This document shows positions 55,998-64,000 of a DNA stretch of 64,000 nucleotides, one piece after another. Position 1 is the stretch's first letter. Each line of letters begins with the position of its first letter. The stretch lies in contig JAFXMZ010000025.1 in NCBI GenBank assembly GCA_017529925.1, positions 407 to 64,406 on the forward strand, in the 5' to 3' direction. Below the pieces are notes generated by a model. That model saw nothing but the letters and a program-made list of their open reading frames with translations, did not search any database and was not told the origin of the DNA. Source of the stretch: Clostridiales bacterium (lineage in GTDB: Bacteria > Bacillota > Clostridia > Saccharofermentanales > Saccharofermentanaceae). Both the position numbers and the translations under genes were made by a program.

Positions 55998-57220
55998 ATG
56001 TTCGAACAGATCACAGGAACTTGATGATCATCGACGTCCTCGATCGTATAGAAACGATAGAATTCCCCGTCATCGAGAGCATAGAGATTTATCTCGATAT
56101 GCCCCGGATCCACGGACGGATCGCGCGGTGTCCAAGAGATCGTCTTGCCGTCCCACACGGGAGCAAGATCGTCGGCATAGCGGGCATAGAAGACCATATC
56201 CGACGTTACGGCCGGAGCATTGTTCTTCACGTCGACAAAGCTCGAGGGTTCAAACTGTGGATCCGTATACCACCCGGCGAAAAGCTTCCCCGAAGCGGCA
56301 GGATCTGCAGGAACTGTAAGAGTCTCTCCGTCTGTAATATGCCATACGGTATCATCTGTCCCGTTGTTGTTCACGAACCTGACAGTATGTCCGGCGGTAA
56401 AAGATGCATTGACCGTTACGGCCGTGGCGGGCATCGTGAATGAATAAAGGTTGTTGTCTTCCTTTGTCAGAGCGACCGGGCTTCCACCTGAGGGCGTATA
56501 TGTGACGGAGGATACGGCATAACCCTCATCGGGTGTCAGACGGACATAGACCTTCTCGTTGTCGGCAGCCGATGCGTTGCTCCCTTCGCCCTCTACATCG
56601 ACGACGGCAGAGCCTCCCGCAGAAGCGGTAAGGCCGATTACATGAGGCTCTGAAAAAACAAGTGCGAATCTCGCGGGATCTGCCTGCGTTCCGTCACCCT
56701 CGAGGACCTTTACGCCATAGGGTGCTCCGCGGTCCTCCATGGGGAATGAGAGGATGATATGATCATTGTCAAAGCTTGCAAAATAAAGCTGGTACTCGCC
56801 CCCACCGCCCGGGGCATCGACATAGTAACCGCGCTCGACATCATTGAAGCCGCTTCCGTATGCCCATCCGCTCGCCCAGGACCACTTCTCGTGAGTGATG
56901 TAGAAGAGGTAAAAGCAATCATTTGCGCTCGTATGCCAGCTGTTGTTGGCAGAATCAGCGCCGGGCGTCTGATAATAGCTTATGCATTCGGAAAGGTCGC
57001 CGCTTGCTTTAAACCAGTCTTTGGACTCGCCCTCCATGGGCAGATACTCATTCGAGCTCGTACCGTTGCCGGGCCTGTAGCCGTGTCCGGCAGCAATATA
57101 TGTTCCGGGAACGAGGGGCTTATTGTCCGCGCGGACTGTATTTCCAGAATAAGGCAACAGCGAAAAGATCATCGCTGCCGCGACGACTGCTGCCGATATC
57201 CTGCGTAAAGTCTTTTTCAT
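55994..57220 (-). CDS. surface-protein ORF, proximal part with signal peptide
   Basis: MKKTLRRISAAVVAAAMIFSLLPYSGNTVRA signal. Repeat VRFVNNNGTDD...FAGWYTDPQF. The stop overlaps the next ORF's GTG start (ATGTGA). Confidence 0.8.
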   Translation of the reverse strand: MKKTLRRISAAVVAAAMIFSLLPYSGNTVRADNKPLVPGTYIAAGHGYRPGNGTSSNEYLPMEGESKDWFKASGDLSECISYYQTPGADSANNSWHTSANDCFYLFYITHEKWSWASGWAYGSGFNDVERGYYVDAPGGGGEYQLYFASFDNDHIILSFPMEDRGAPYGVKVLEGDGTQADPARFALVFSEPHVIGLTASAGGSAVVDVEGEGSNASAADNEKVYVRLTPDEGYAVSSVTYTPSGGSPVALTKEDNNLYSFTMPATAVTVNASFTAGHTVRFVNNNGTDDTVWHITDGETLTVPADPAASGKLFAGWYTDPQFEPSSFVDVKNNAPAVTSDMVFYARYADDLAPVWDGKTISWTPRDPSVDPGHIEINLYALDDGEFYRFYTIEDVDDHQVPVICSNM

Positions 57221-57341
57221 ATTAACATCAGATCCTTTTCTGAACATATTCCCGAGTGTACCTAAGTATTATAATACACGCGCGCAAGATGCTCAAATGA
57301 TCATACTTAAGACAGGACCGGTAATCAGGTCTCATCAGATC

Positions 57342-57962
57342 TCATCTGACCTTTATCAGAAGAAGTTTCCCCCCGGTGCAGGTTATCCGGGATCTTTTGC
57401 CCGGCAGTACCTCATTGCTTACGGCATACTGAAAGCTGCTGCTGACGGTGATATCATCGGCAGGATATTTAGCGTCTTCTATCGTGACGCCAGATGCATC
57501 TCCCCCCATCGCTATGAGCGAGAAGAATGAGTAACTGTCATCGATGAAGGCGCCCTCAGGGGGAACCAGCTCCATCTCGGACCAGTCATCGGCTATCATT
57601 CCACGCCTGCCCACGGAGTCCAGATACAGAAGGATCGAGAGGTTCCCGAGCGTATGATCGAGACGGCCGCCGGTGACGCCGATCAGGAGGAATTCTTCAA
57701 AGCCTCTTTTTACGGCTTCCTTCACGGCGAAAAACGAATCAGTATCGTCCTTTATGCATGGGAGGGTTATAGTCTCGGCGTCGGGTCTCGGGCCGTCATA
57801 CGAATCGAAGTCTCCGACGATCAAGGAAGGGGAGACGCCGAGCTTTTCGAGGTGGCGAAGACCGCTGTCGCAGAAGATCACGAAGTCGTCAGGAGAGAGA
57901 AGGCTCCGGATGACCGTATAGTCTTCGATCGGGGCGCCGCCGGCTATGACACATCTTTTCAT
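57342..57962 (-). CDS. thiN: thiamine diphosphokinase
   Basis: FCDSGLRHLEKLGVSPSLIVGDFDS ... GVTGGRLDH. Confidence 0.88.
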   Translation of the reverse strand: MKRCVIAGGAPIEDYTVIRSLLSPDDFVIFCDSGLRHLEKLGVSPSLIVGDFDSYDGPRPDAETITLPCIKDDTDSFFAVKEAVKRGFEEFLLIGVTGGRLDHTLGNLSILLYLDSVGRRGMIADDWSEMELVPPEGAFIDDSYSFFSLIAMGGDASGVTIEDAKYPADDITVSSSFQYAVSNEVLPGKRSRITCTGGKLLLIKVR

Positions 57963-57972
57963 GATGTTTACC

Positions 57973-59277
57973 TCACAGGATATCTATATGCTCGCCGTTC
58001 AGGGCTTTGTTCATACTGCGGACGGCGCAGAACTTTCCGCACATCGAACATGTATCGTCATGTTCCGGGGCGCGGCTGTCACGGATCGCACGCGCAGTCT
58101 CGGGATCGAGCGAGCACCTCCACTGCTCCTCCCAGTCAAAAGCCTTTCTGGCCTCCGCCATTCTGTCGTCGATCTCCCTGGCATGGGGGATCCCCTTGGC
58201 TATATCGGCCGCATGTGCAGCGATCTTCGATGCGATGATGCCCTGTTTTACGTCGTCGACATTGGGGAGCGCAAGATGCTCTGCGGGGGTAACGTAGCAC
58301 AGGAACGATGCGCCGCTCATGGCTGCGATCGCACCGCCTATGGCTGAAGTGATGTGGTCGTAACCCGGGGCGATATCGGTGACGATGGGACCGAGGACAT
58401 AGAAGGGGGCGCCCATGCAGATCGTCTGCTGGATCTTCATGTTGGCTGCGATCTGATCCATCGGCATATGTCCCGGGCCCTCGACCATGACCTGGACATC
58501 CTTTTCCCACGCCCTCTTCGTAAGTTCTCCGAGGCGGACGAGCTCCTCTATCTGGCATACATCCGATCCGTCGGCGAGACAGCCGGGGCGGCATGCATCA
58601 CCGAGAGATATGGTGACGTCATATTCGCGGCAGATGTCGAGTATCTCGTCAAAACGGCTGTAGAAGGGATTTTCCTCTCCCGTCATGCTCATCCATGCGA
58701 AAACGAGGGAACCGCCGCGCGACACGATGTTGAGCTTTCTCTTGTGCTTCTTTATCTGCTCGATAGTCTTTCTCGTAATCCCGCAGTGGAGAGTCACGAA
58801 GTCGACGCCGTCCTGTGCGTGAAGCCTTATGACGTCGATGAAATCATCCGCGGTAAGCGTGGCAAGGTCTCTCTGATAGTGTATTACACTGTCGTATACG
58901 GGCACTGTGCCGATCATGACGGGGCATTCCGATGTGAGCTTGCGCCTGAAGGGAATAGTATCTCCGTGCGACGACAGGTCCATTATCGCGTCTGCTCCGA
59001 GCTCGACCGCCGCCATGACCTTCTGAAGCTCGACATCGTAATCCTTGCAGTCTCGCGACACGCCCAGGTTGACATTGATCTTCGTCCTGAGCATGGAGCC
59101 GATGCCTTCGGGTTCGAGACATTCGTGCAGCCTGTTCTTGCAGATAACGACCTTTCCTTCTGCAACAAGGCTTCTGATCTCTTCCTCAGTCCTGTATTCC
59201 TTTGCCGCGACCTTCTTCATCTCAGGCGTTATTATGCCTTTCCTCGCAGCATCCATCTGTGTTGTATATTCTCTCAT
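57973..59277 (-). CDS. thiC: phosphomethylpyrimidine synthase
   Basis: [19 protein letters not shown] ... [10 protein letters not shown]-terminal Fe-S motif. Confidence 0.95.
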   Translation of the reverse strand: MREYTTQMDAARKGIITPEMKKVAAKEYRTEEEIRSLVAEGKVVICKNRLHECLEPEGIGSMLRTKINVNLGVSRDCKDYDVELQKVMAAVELGADAIMDLSSHGDTIPFRRKLTSECPVMIGTVPVYDSVIHYQRDLATLTADDFIDVIRLHAQDGVDFVTLHCGITRKTIEQIKKHKRKLNIVSRGGSLVFAWMSMTGEENPFYSRFDEILDICREYDVTISLGDACRPGCLADGSDVCQIEELVRLGELTKRAWEKDVQVMVEGPGHMPMDQIAANMKIQQTICMGAPFYVLGPIVTDIAPGYDHITSAIGGAIAAMSGASFLCYVTPAEHLALPNVDDVKQGIIASKIAAHAADIAKGIPHAREIDDRMAEARKAFDWEEQWRCSLDPETARAIRDSRAPEHDDTCSMCGKFCAVRSMNKALNGEHIDIL

Positions 59278-59291
59278 CTTATAGTCCTCCT

Positions 59292-60104
59292 TTATGCTTC
59301 CTGACCGGGCTTTTCGGCAAAGCGTCCCGTCAGATCGAAATTATGCTCCATCGGCCCCGCGCCTTTTCCAAGGTCGAGTCCCGCGGCGAGCGCACATGAG
59401 ATATATTCCTTGGCGCGTGAGATCGACTCGTGAAGTGAAAAGCCTTTCGCGAGGTTCGATGCGATCGCTGACGATAGCGTGCATCCCGTGCCGTGCGAAT
59501 TCGGATTATCTATCCTTTTCCCCTCGAAAAGGCAAAGAGTTCCGTCAAACAGCAGGTCGTCTGCATCGTTTATGCTGTGTCCGCCCTTAAGAAGGACAGG
59601 GCAGCCGTATTCCGCGCGGATCTTCCGGGCAGCTGCCTCCATATCGGATACGGATGCGATCTTAAGTCCCGAGAGCACTTCCGCTTCGGGGATATTGGGC
59701 GTGATCAGCGATGCCATGGGAAAGAGGAGCGATGTCATCACAGAGACAGCCTCTGACTTCATGAGGGACGAACCGCTCGTTGCCACCATGACGGGATCGA
59801 CGACGATGTTTTTTGCGCCGTAGAAAGACAGTCGGTCTGCAATGACCTTTATCAGCTCCGGCGAGGAGACCATGCCGATCTTGACCGCATCGGGAAAGAT
59901 GTCTTCGAACACGGCGTCGAGCTGGTCTTTAAGAAATGAAGGTGTCGATTCGAGGATCGACCTGACGCCGGTCGTATTCTGGGCCGTGAGGGCGGTGACG
60001 CATGTCATGGCATAGACGCCGTTCATGGTCATCGTCTTGATATCAGCCTGTATACCGGCGCCTCCGCAGGAATCGGAACCTGCGATCGATAATGCAGTTT
60101 TCAT
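59292..60104 (-). CDS. thiD: hydroxymethylpyrimidine/phosphomethylpyrimidine kinase
   Basis: [21 protein letters not shown]. The ATG at 60104 follows AGGAGG. Confidence 0.92.
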   Translation of the reverse strand: MKTALSIAGSDSCGGAGIQADIKTMTMNGVYAMTCVTALTAQNTTGVRSILESTPSFLKDQLDAVFEDIFPDAVKIGMVSSPELIKVIADRLSFYGAKNIVVDPVMVATSGSSLMKSEAVSVMTSLLFPMASLITPNIPEAEVLSGLKIASVSDMEAAARKIRAEYGCPVLLKGGHSINDADDLLFDGTLCLFEGKRIDNPNSHGTGCTLSSAIASNLAKGFSLHESISRAKEYISCALAAGLDLGKGAGPMEHNFDLTGRFAEKPGQEA

Positions 60105-60181
60105 TGAATACCTCCTGTAAAACATATGCATTATTTTTGTACCGCGACAGAAGGTGGTGCCCCCGGTCTGCCGCTTTTTTA

Positions 60182-60823
60182 TCAGTTTTGGAGCATCTGA
60201 ATGGTCTTTTCCTTCAGCTCCTTTGTTGCGCTCTTTATATCATCCGCGGCGAAAAGCGCGCTTATCACCGCTACTCCGCATATGCCGGTCCCGCTTAGCT
60301 CGAGGACGTTACCGGTACCTATTCCTCCTATCGCGATGACAGGTATGCTCACCGCTTCGCATATTGCCTTTAAAGTCTCAAGGGAGACGTCATCGGCATC
60401 AGCCTTGGAGCCCGTATGAAAGACGGCGCCGACTCCGAGATAATCCGCGCCGCACTTCTCGGCGAGGAGTGCCTGTTCGACGGTCTGTGCGGAGACGCCT
60501 AGGATCCTGTCCTCCCCGAGGAGGGCACGTGCTTTTCCCGCCTCGAGATCATGCTGTCCGACATGTACCCCGTCCGCTGCTGACTCGAGGGCTATTTCTA
60601 TATCGTCATTGATGACAAATGGGACATCGTACTTCCTGCACAACGCGCCTATATCCTTTGCCTCGCGGAGGAATGCATCGTGGTCGAGATCCTTTTCGCG
60701 CAGCTGCACGAAAGTCGCCCCGCCCTGAAGTACCTCCTCGACCTGCACGTGAAGCGTCCTGCCGCGCAGCCAGGCACGGTCAGTCACGGCGTAGAGCAGA
60801 AGATCCTTCTTATCTGATCTCAT
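60182..60823 (-). CDS. thiE: thiamine-phosphate synthase
   Basis: LLLYAVTDRAWL...VQLREKD...GADYLGVGAVFHTGSK. The ATG at 60823 follows AAGGAG and overlaps the thiM end. Confidence 0.9.
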   Translation of the reverse strand: MRSDKKDLLLYAVTDRAWLRGRTLHVQVEEVLQGGATFVQLREKDLDHDAFLREAKDIGALCRKYDVPFVINDDIEIALESAADGVHVGQHDLEAGKARALLGEDRILGVSAQTVEQALLAEKCGADYLGVGAVFHTGSKADADDVSLETLKAICEAVSIPVIAIGGIGTGNVLELSGTGICGVAVISALFAADDIKSATKELKEKTIQMLQN

Positions 60824-61631
60824 ATCGTGCTCCTTTGTCGAGTGTATCCGCATCCATGTTGTAGATCGCGTCGATGATGCGGTTGCGCAGTGTCGAATTG
60901 CCTTCGCCATCCTTAAGGTTTCCGACACCGGTCTCGCCCGCAAGACCCATCATGGCGACTGCGGCGGCGACTGCCTCCGTCATGTTATCCCTGTTCGCAG
61001 CCGCAAAAGCTGTCGTGATGCCTGAAAGCTGGCATCCCGTGCCGGTTATCCTGCTCATCTCGGGTCTTCCGTTCCTGATGACGTAACACTTTTCGCTGTC
61101 GGCGACAAGGTCGATGGCGCCCGTTATCGCGATAACGGCACCTGAAGATGCGGAGTATGCCTTTGCGACACGGACCATCTCATCGAGGTTTTCTTCGGTA
61201 ACGGCATCGGCTGCGTCCGCATCGACTCCCATCGTGCTCCCGCCTCCTAAAGAAAGAGTCTTGATCTCGGAGATGTTGCCCCTTATGATGTCGGGATGTA
61301 TCTTTCTGACGATATCGGATGCCGTCTCTGTGCGCAGCCTTGAAGCACCTGCGCCTACGGGATCAAGAAGGACCACATGGCCGAGTTCCTTAGCACGCAT
61401 TCCCGCGATATGCATCGCTTCAATGGACATCTTATTGAGAGTGCCGATGTTGATATTGAGGCCTGCGCATATCGAGGTGATGTCAGAGACATCGTCGGGC
61501 TCGTCCGACATGACGGGACTTGCTCCGCACGCGAGTATCGCATTTGCTACGTCATTGACAGTAACGTAATTTGTGATGTTGTGGATGAGTGGGCATGAAC
61601 GCCTTACATTTTCAAGGATCTCTCCGAACAT
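60810..61631 (-). CDS. thiM: hydroxyethylthiazole kinase
   Basis: CPLIHNITNYVTVNDVANAILACGASPVM. Confidence 0.92.
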   Translation of the reverse strand: MFGEILENVRRSCPLIHNITNYVTVNDVANAILACGASPVMSDEPDDVSDITSICAGLNINIGTLNKMSIEAMHIAGMRAKELGHVVLLDPVGAGASRLRTETASDIVRKIHPDIIRGNISEIKTLSLGGGSTMGVDADAADAVTEENLDEMVRVAKAYSASSGAVIAITGAIDLVADSEKCYVIRNGRPEMSRITGTGCQLSGITTAFAAANRDNMTEAVAAAVAMMGLAGETGVGNLKDGEGNSTLRNRIIDAIYNMDADTLDKGARYEIR

Positions 61632-61639
61632 ATTAAAGA

Positions 61640-61805
61640 CCGCCTTTATAAAGTATTCGCAGCGGGATCCCTGTACGGAGAGGATATGTACAGACCGGCT
61701 GAAGATTCAGTTCCGGCATCCCTTCGTTGGCATTATCCAAATCAGGTCAATGGGTCGAAGGTCATACCTTCCTCTCAGCCTGTAATACAAGCTCCCCGCT
61801 GTGTT
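61640..61805 (-). promoter_or_regulatory. TPP (THI-box) riboswitch
   Basis: The reverse complement of 61719-61799 reads GCGGGGAGC...CTGAGAGG...ACCC...GACCTGATTTGGATAATGCCAACGAAGGGA. Confidence 0.9.
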
Positions 61806-61990
61806 GTAAGTAACATAATAATGGACTTATAACATCGAAAATGCAAGCATTTTGAAAATAATCACAATTCAGGGGCAAAATCCTAAAAGAATTGTGTCAT
61901 TTTTGATATAGTACACGGCCCTGTCTTTGTGCTAATATAGAATACAAATTTTCGAAAAGCCTATTTATATTAATTAAGGGGGTTTATCAC

Positions 61991-63499
61991 ATGGCGAAGA
62001 TCTTCGAACAGGAGTCAAGGACATTCAGCGAGTACCTTCTCGTACCTAACCTCACCACGGAGCGCAATACACCCGATCAGGTCGATCTTTCCGCTCCTAT
62101 CGCAAAGTTCAGGAAGGGGCAGGAAGAGTCGAAGCTCAAGATAAACATACCGATGGTCTCCGCGGTAATGCAGGCAGTCTCCGATGACGGAATGGCTATA
62201 GCGCTTGCAAGATGCGGAGGCTTATCTTTTGTCTTCCAGTCGCAGTCGATCGAATCACAGTGCGACATGATAAGGAAGGTCAAGAAGTATAAGGCAGGTA
62301 TCGTAGAGTCTGATTCCAATGTTTCGCCTGAGGCGACCCTTGCCGACATAATCGCTCTCCGCGAGGAGAAGGGACACGGTACGGCTGCCGTTACAGAGGA
62401 CGGAACGGCTGAAGGCAAGCTCCTGGGTCTTGTTACTACAAGGGACTACAGGGTAAGCCGTATGTCTCCCGACACTAAGGTCAGGGAGTTCATGACCCCC
62501 ATCGAGAAGCTCGTTACCGCACCTGAGGGAACGACACTCAAGGAAGCAAATGACATCATCTGGGACAACAAGATCAACCAGCTCCCCATCGTAGATAAGG
62601 ACGGCAGGCTCGTAGGACTCGTTTTCCGTAAGGACTACGAATTCCACAAGGCTAACCCCGAAGAGCTCCTCGACAAGGAGAAGAAGCTCGTCGTTGGTGC
62701 CGGTATCAATACGAGAGACTATGAAGAGAGGGTTCCCGCGCTCATCGAAGCAGGTGCAGACGCTCTCTGTCTCGACTCCTCCGACGGATTCTCCGTATGG
62801 CAGGAGAGAGCCCTCCGCTGGATCAAGAGCAACTATCCTGACGTTATCGTCGGTGCAGGAAACGTTGTTGACGAAGAAGGATTCAGATTCCTCGTCGACT
62901 GCGGCGCAGACTTCGTAAAGATCGGTATCGGCGGCGGTTCCATCTGTATCACACGTGAGCAGAAGGGTATCGGCTGCGGCCAGGCTTCTGCTGTCCTCGC
63001 AGTTGCGAAGGCACGTGACGAGTACTTCAAGGAGACAGGCATCTACATTCCTCTTTGCTCCGACGGCGGTATCGTTCACGACTACCACATGACACTCGCT
63101 CTGGCCATGGGTGCAGACTTCCTGATGCTCGGAAGATATTTCGCAAGATTCGACGAGTCTCCCACGAGAAAGCTCCTCGTCAACGGCACATATGTTAAGG
63201 AGTACTGGGGTGAAGGCAGTAACCGTGCACGTAACTGGCAGAGATATGACGACGGCGGAAAGGGCGGCAAGATGGCTTTCGAGGAGGGCGTCGATTCCTA
63301 TGTTCCCTATGCGGGCGCACTGAAGGACAACCTCGACACTTCACTTGCAAAGGTAAAGGCAACGATGTGTTCCTGCGGATCCTCTTCGATCGAGGAGCTC
63401 CAGCAGAAGGCACGTCTCGTAGTCGTATCCTCGACTTCCATCATCGAGGGCGGCGCTCACGACGTAATCCAGAAGGAGAACGACAGGACCGCGAGATAA
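61991..63499 (+). CDS. guaB: IMP dehydrogenase
   Basis: CBS pair insert; catalytic loop [15 protein letters not shown]. Confidence 0.93.
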   Translation: MAKIFEQESRTFSEYLLVPNLTTERNTPDQVDLSAPIAKFRKGQEESKLKINIPMVSAVMQAVSDDGMAIALARCGGLSFVFQSQSIESQCDMIRKVKKYKAGIVESDSNVSPEATLADIIALREEKGHGTAAVTEDGTAEGKLLGLVTTRDYRVSRMSPDTKVREFMTPIEKLVTAPEGTTLKEANDIIWDNKINQLPIVDKDGRLVGLVFRKDYEFHKANPEELLDKEKKLVVGAGINTRDYEERVPALIEAGADALCLDSSDGFSVWQERALRWIKSNYPDVIVGAGNVVDEEGFRFLVDCGADFVKIGIGGGSICITREQKGIGCGQASAVLAVAKARDEYFKETGIYIPLCSDGGIVHDYHMTLALAMGADFLMLGRYFARFDESPTRKLLVNGTYVKEYWGEGSNRARNWQRYDDGGKGGKMAFEEGVDSYVPYAGALKDNLDTSLAKVKATMCSCGSSSIEELQQKARLVVVSSTSIIEGGAHDVIQKENDRTAR

Positions 63500-63632
63500 G
63501 GACCCGTCTCGAAAAGGGACCTCCGTCGGCAACGGTGCCCCGCGGCCTAAGCCCCGGGATTTGCACTAAAGCCGTTTACGGATTAAAATGGTACGAATGT
63601 AATAATAAAAAACAGCATGAGAGGTAATACAA

Positions 63633-64000
63633 ATGGCTGACGAGAACAAGATAGTTTTGACACAGGACGGTTATCAGGAACTGCAGGACGAGCTGTCCGA
63701 CAGAAAGACCAGGATAAATGCCGAGATCACACAGAGACTTGCTGAGGCTAGAGCTCAGGGTGACCTTTCGGAGAACTCCGAATATGATGACGCCAAGGAT
63801 GCACAGGCTAAGAACGAGGCCAGGATCAAGGAGATCGAGTCCATCCTGAAGAGCGCTGAGGTCATCTCCGATGACGATATCTCCAAGACGAAGGTATCCT
63901 TAGGTTCCGTCGTTACGCTCCGTGACGAGGAGACGAAGGAAGAGGAAGTCTACAGGATCGTCGGCGCTAATGAGGAGGATATCTTCTCCAACCGTCTTTC
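63633..64000 (+). CDS. greA: transcription elongation factor GreA (3' end beyond the window)
   Basis: MADENKIVLTQDGYQELQDEL...EARAQGDLSENSEYDDAKDAQ. Confidence 0.9.
   Translation, partial: MADENKIVLTQDGYQELQDELSDRKTRINAEITQRLAEARAQGDLSENSEYDDAKDAQAKNEARIKEIESILKSAEVISDDDISKTKVSLGSVVTLRDEETKEEEVYRIVGANEEDIFSNRL

Noticed and set aside
58354-59304. 316-aa plus-strand ORF
   Set aside because: Antisense shadow of thiC.
61863-61896. Operator upstream of guaB (CACAATTC-N18-GAATTGTG inverted repeat)
   Set aside because: A single 8-bp inverted repeat in AT-rich DNA. It does not match a PurR-type box I can name and could be chance.
62255-63088. 277-aa minus-strand ORF
   Set aside because: Antisense shadow of guaB.

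Overview
This window looks like chromosome from a Firmicutes/Clostridia-type anaerobe that is GC-rich for the group (judged by eye, not computed). About 70% is ordinary, confidently recognisable housekeeping. On the + strand: malQ, prfA-tsaC, rpsF-ssb-rpsR-rplI-dnaB, tilS-hpt-ftsH, a T-box-controlled ilvB-ilvN-ilvC-ilvD block, guaB and greA. On the - strand: prfC, an amino-acid ABC transporter and a TPP-riboswitch-controlled thiM-thiE-thiD-thiC-thiN operon. Accessory content clusters in four places. (i) 1-5.0 kb carries four zinc-ribbon proteins, a DUF3990-like/DUF3791-like+HTH overlapping gene pair behind a doubly palindromic operator, and an orphan hicB with a 14-codon hicA stub. (ii) Three paralogous surface-protein loci (5.2-9.3 kb and 53.5-57.2 kb) share a C-terminal module, and two of them sit next to an unannotated small acidic peptide gene. 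(iii) A Vsr/DUF559-like nuclease-fold gene at 18.3-19.0 kb is flanked by a long conserved hairpin, six phased TTGTCG repeats and hairpin repeats. (iv) A dispersed family of intergenic hairpin-repeat arrays lies at about 8.3, 19.2, 24.8, 32.9-33.2 and 47.7-48.2 kb. The largest has about 11 units at a strict 52-53-bp period, with compensatory changes in both stem arms, and abuts the second copy of the long hairpin. My best candidates for something undescribed are the phased hairpin-array/long-hairpin family and the DUF3990-like two-gene module. Neither can be proven from sequence alone. No CRISPR-cas, integrase, transposase, rRNA or prophage structural genes were seen. Domain calls rest on motif recognition by eye; no database searches were run.
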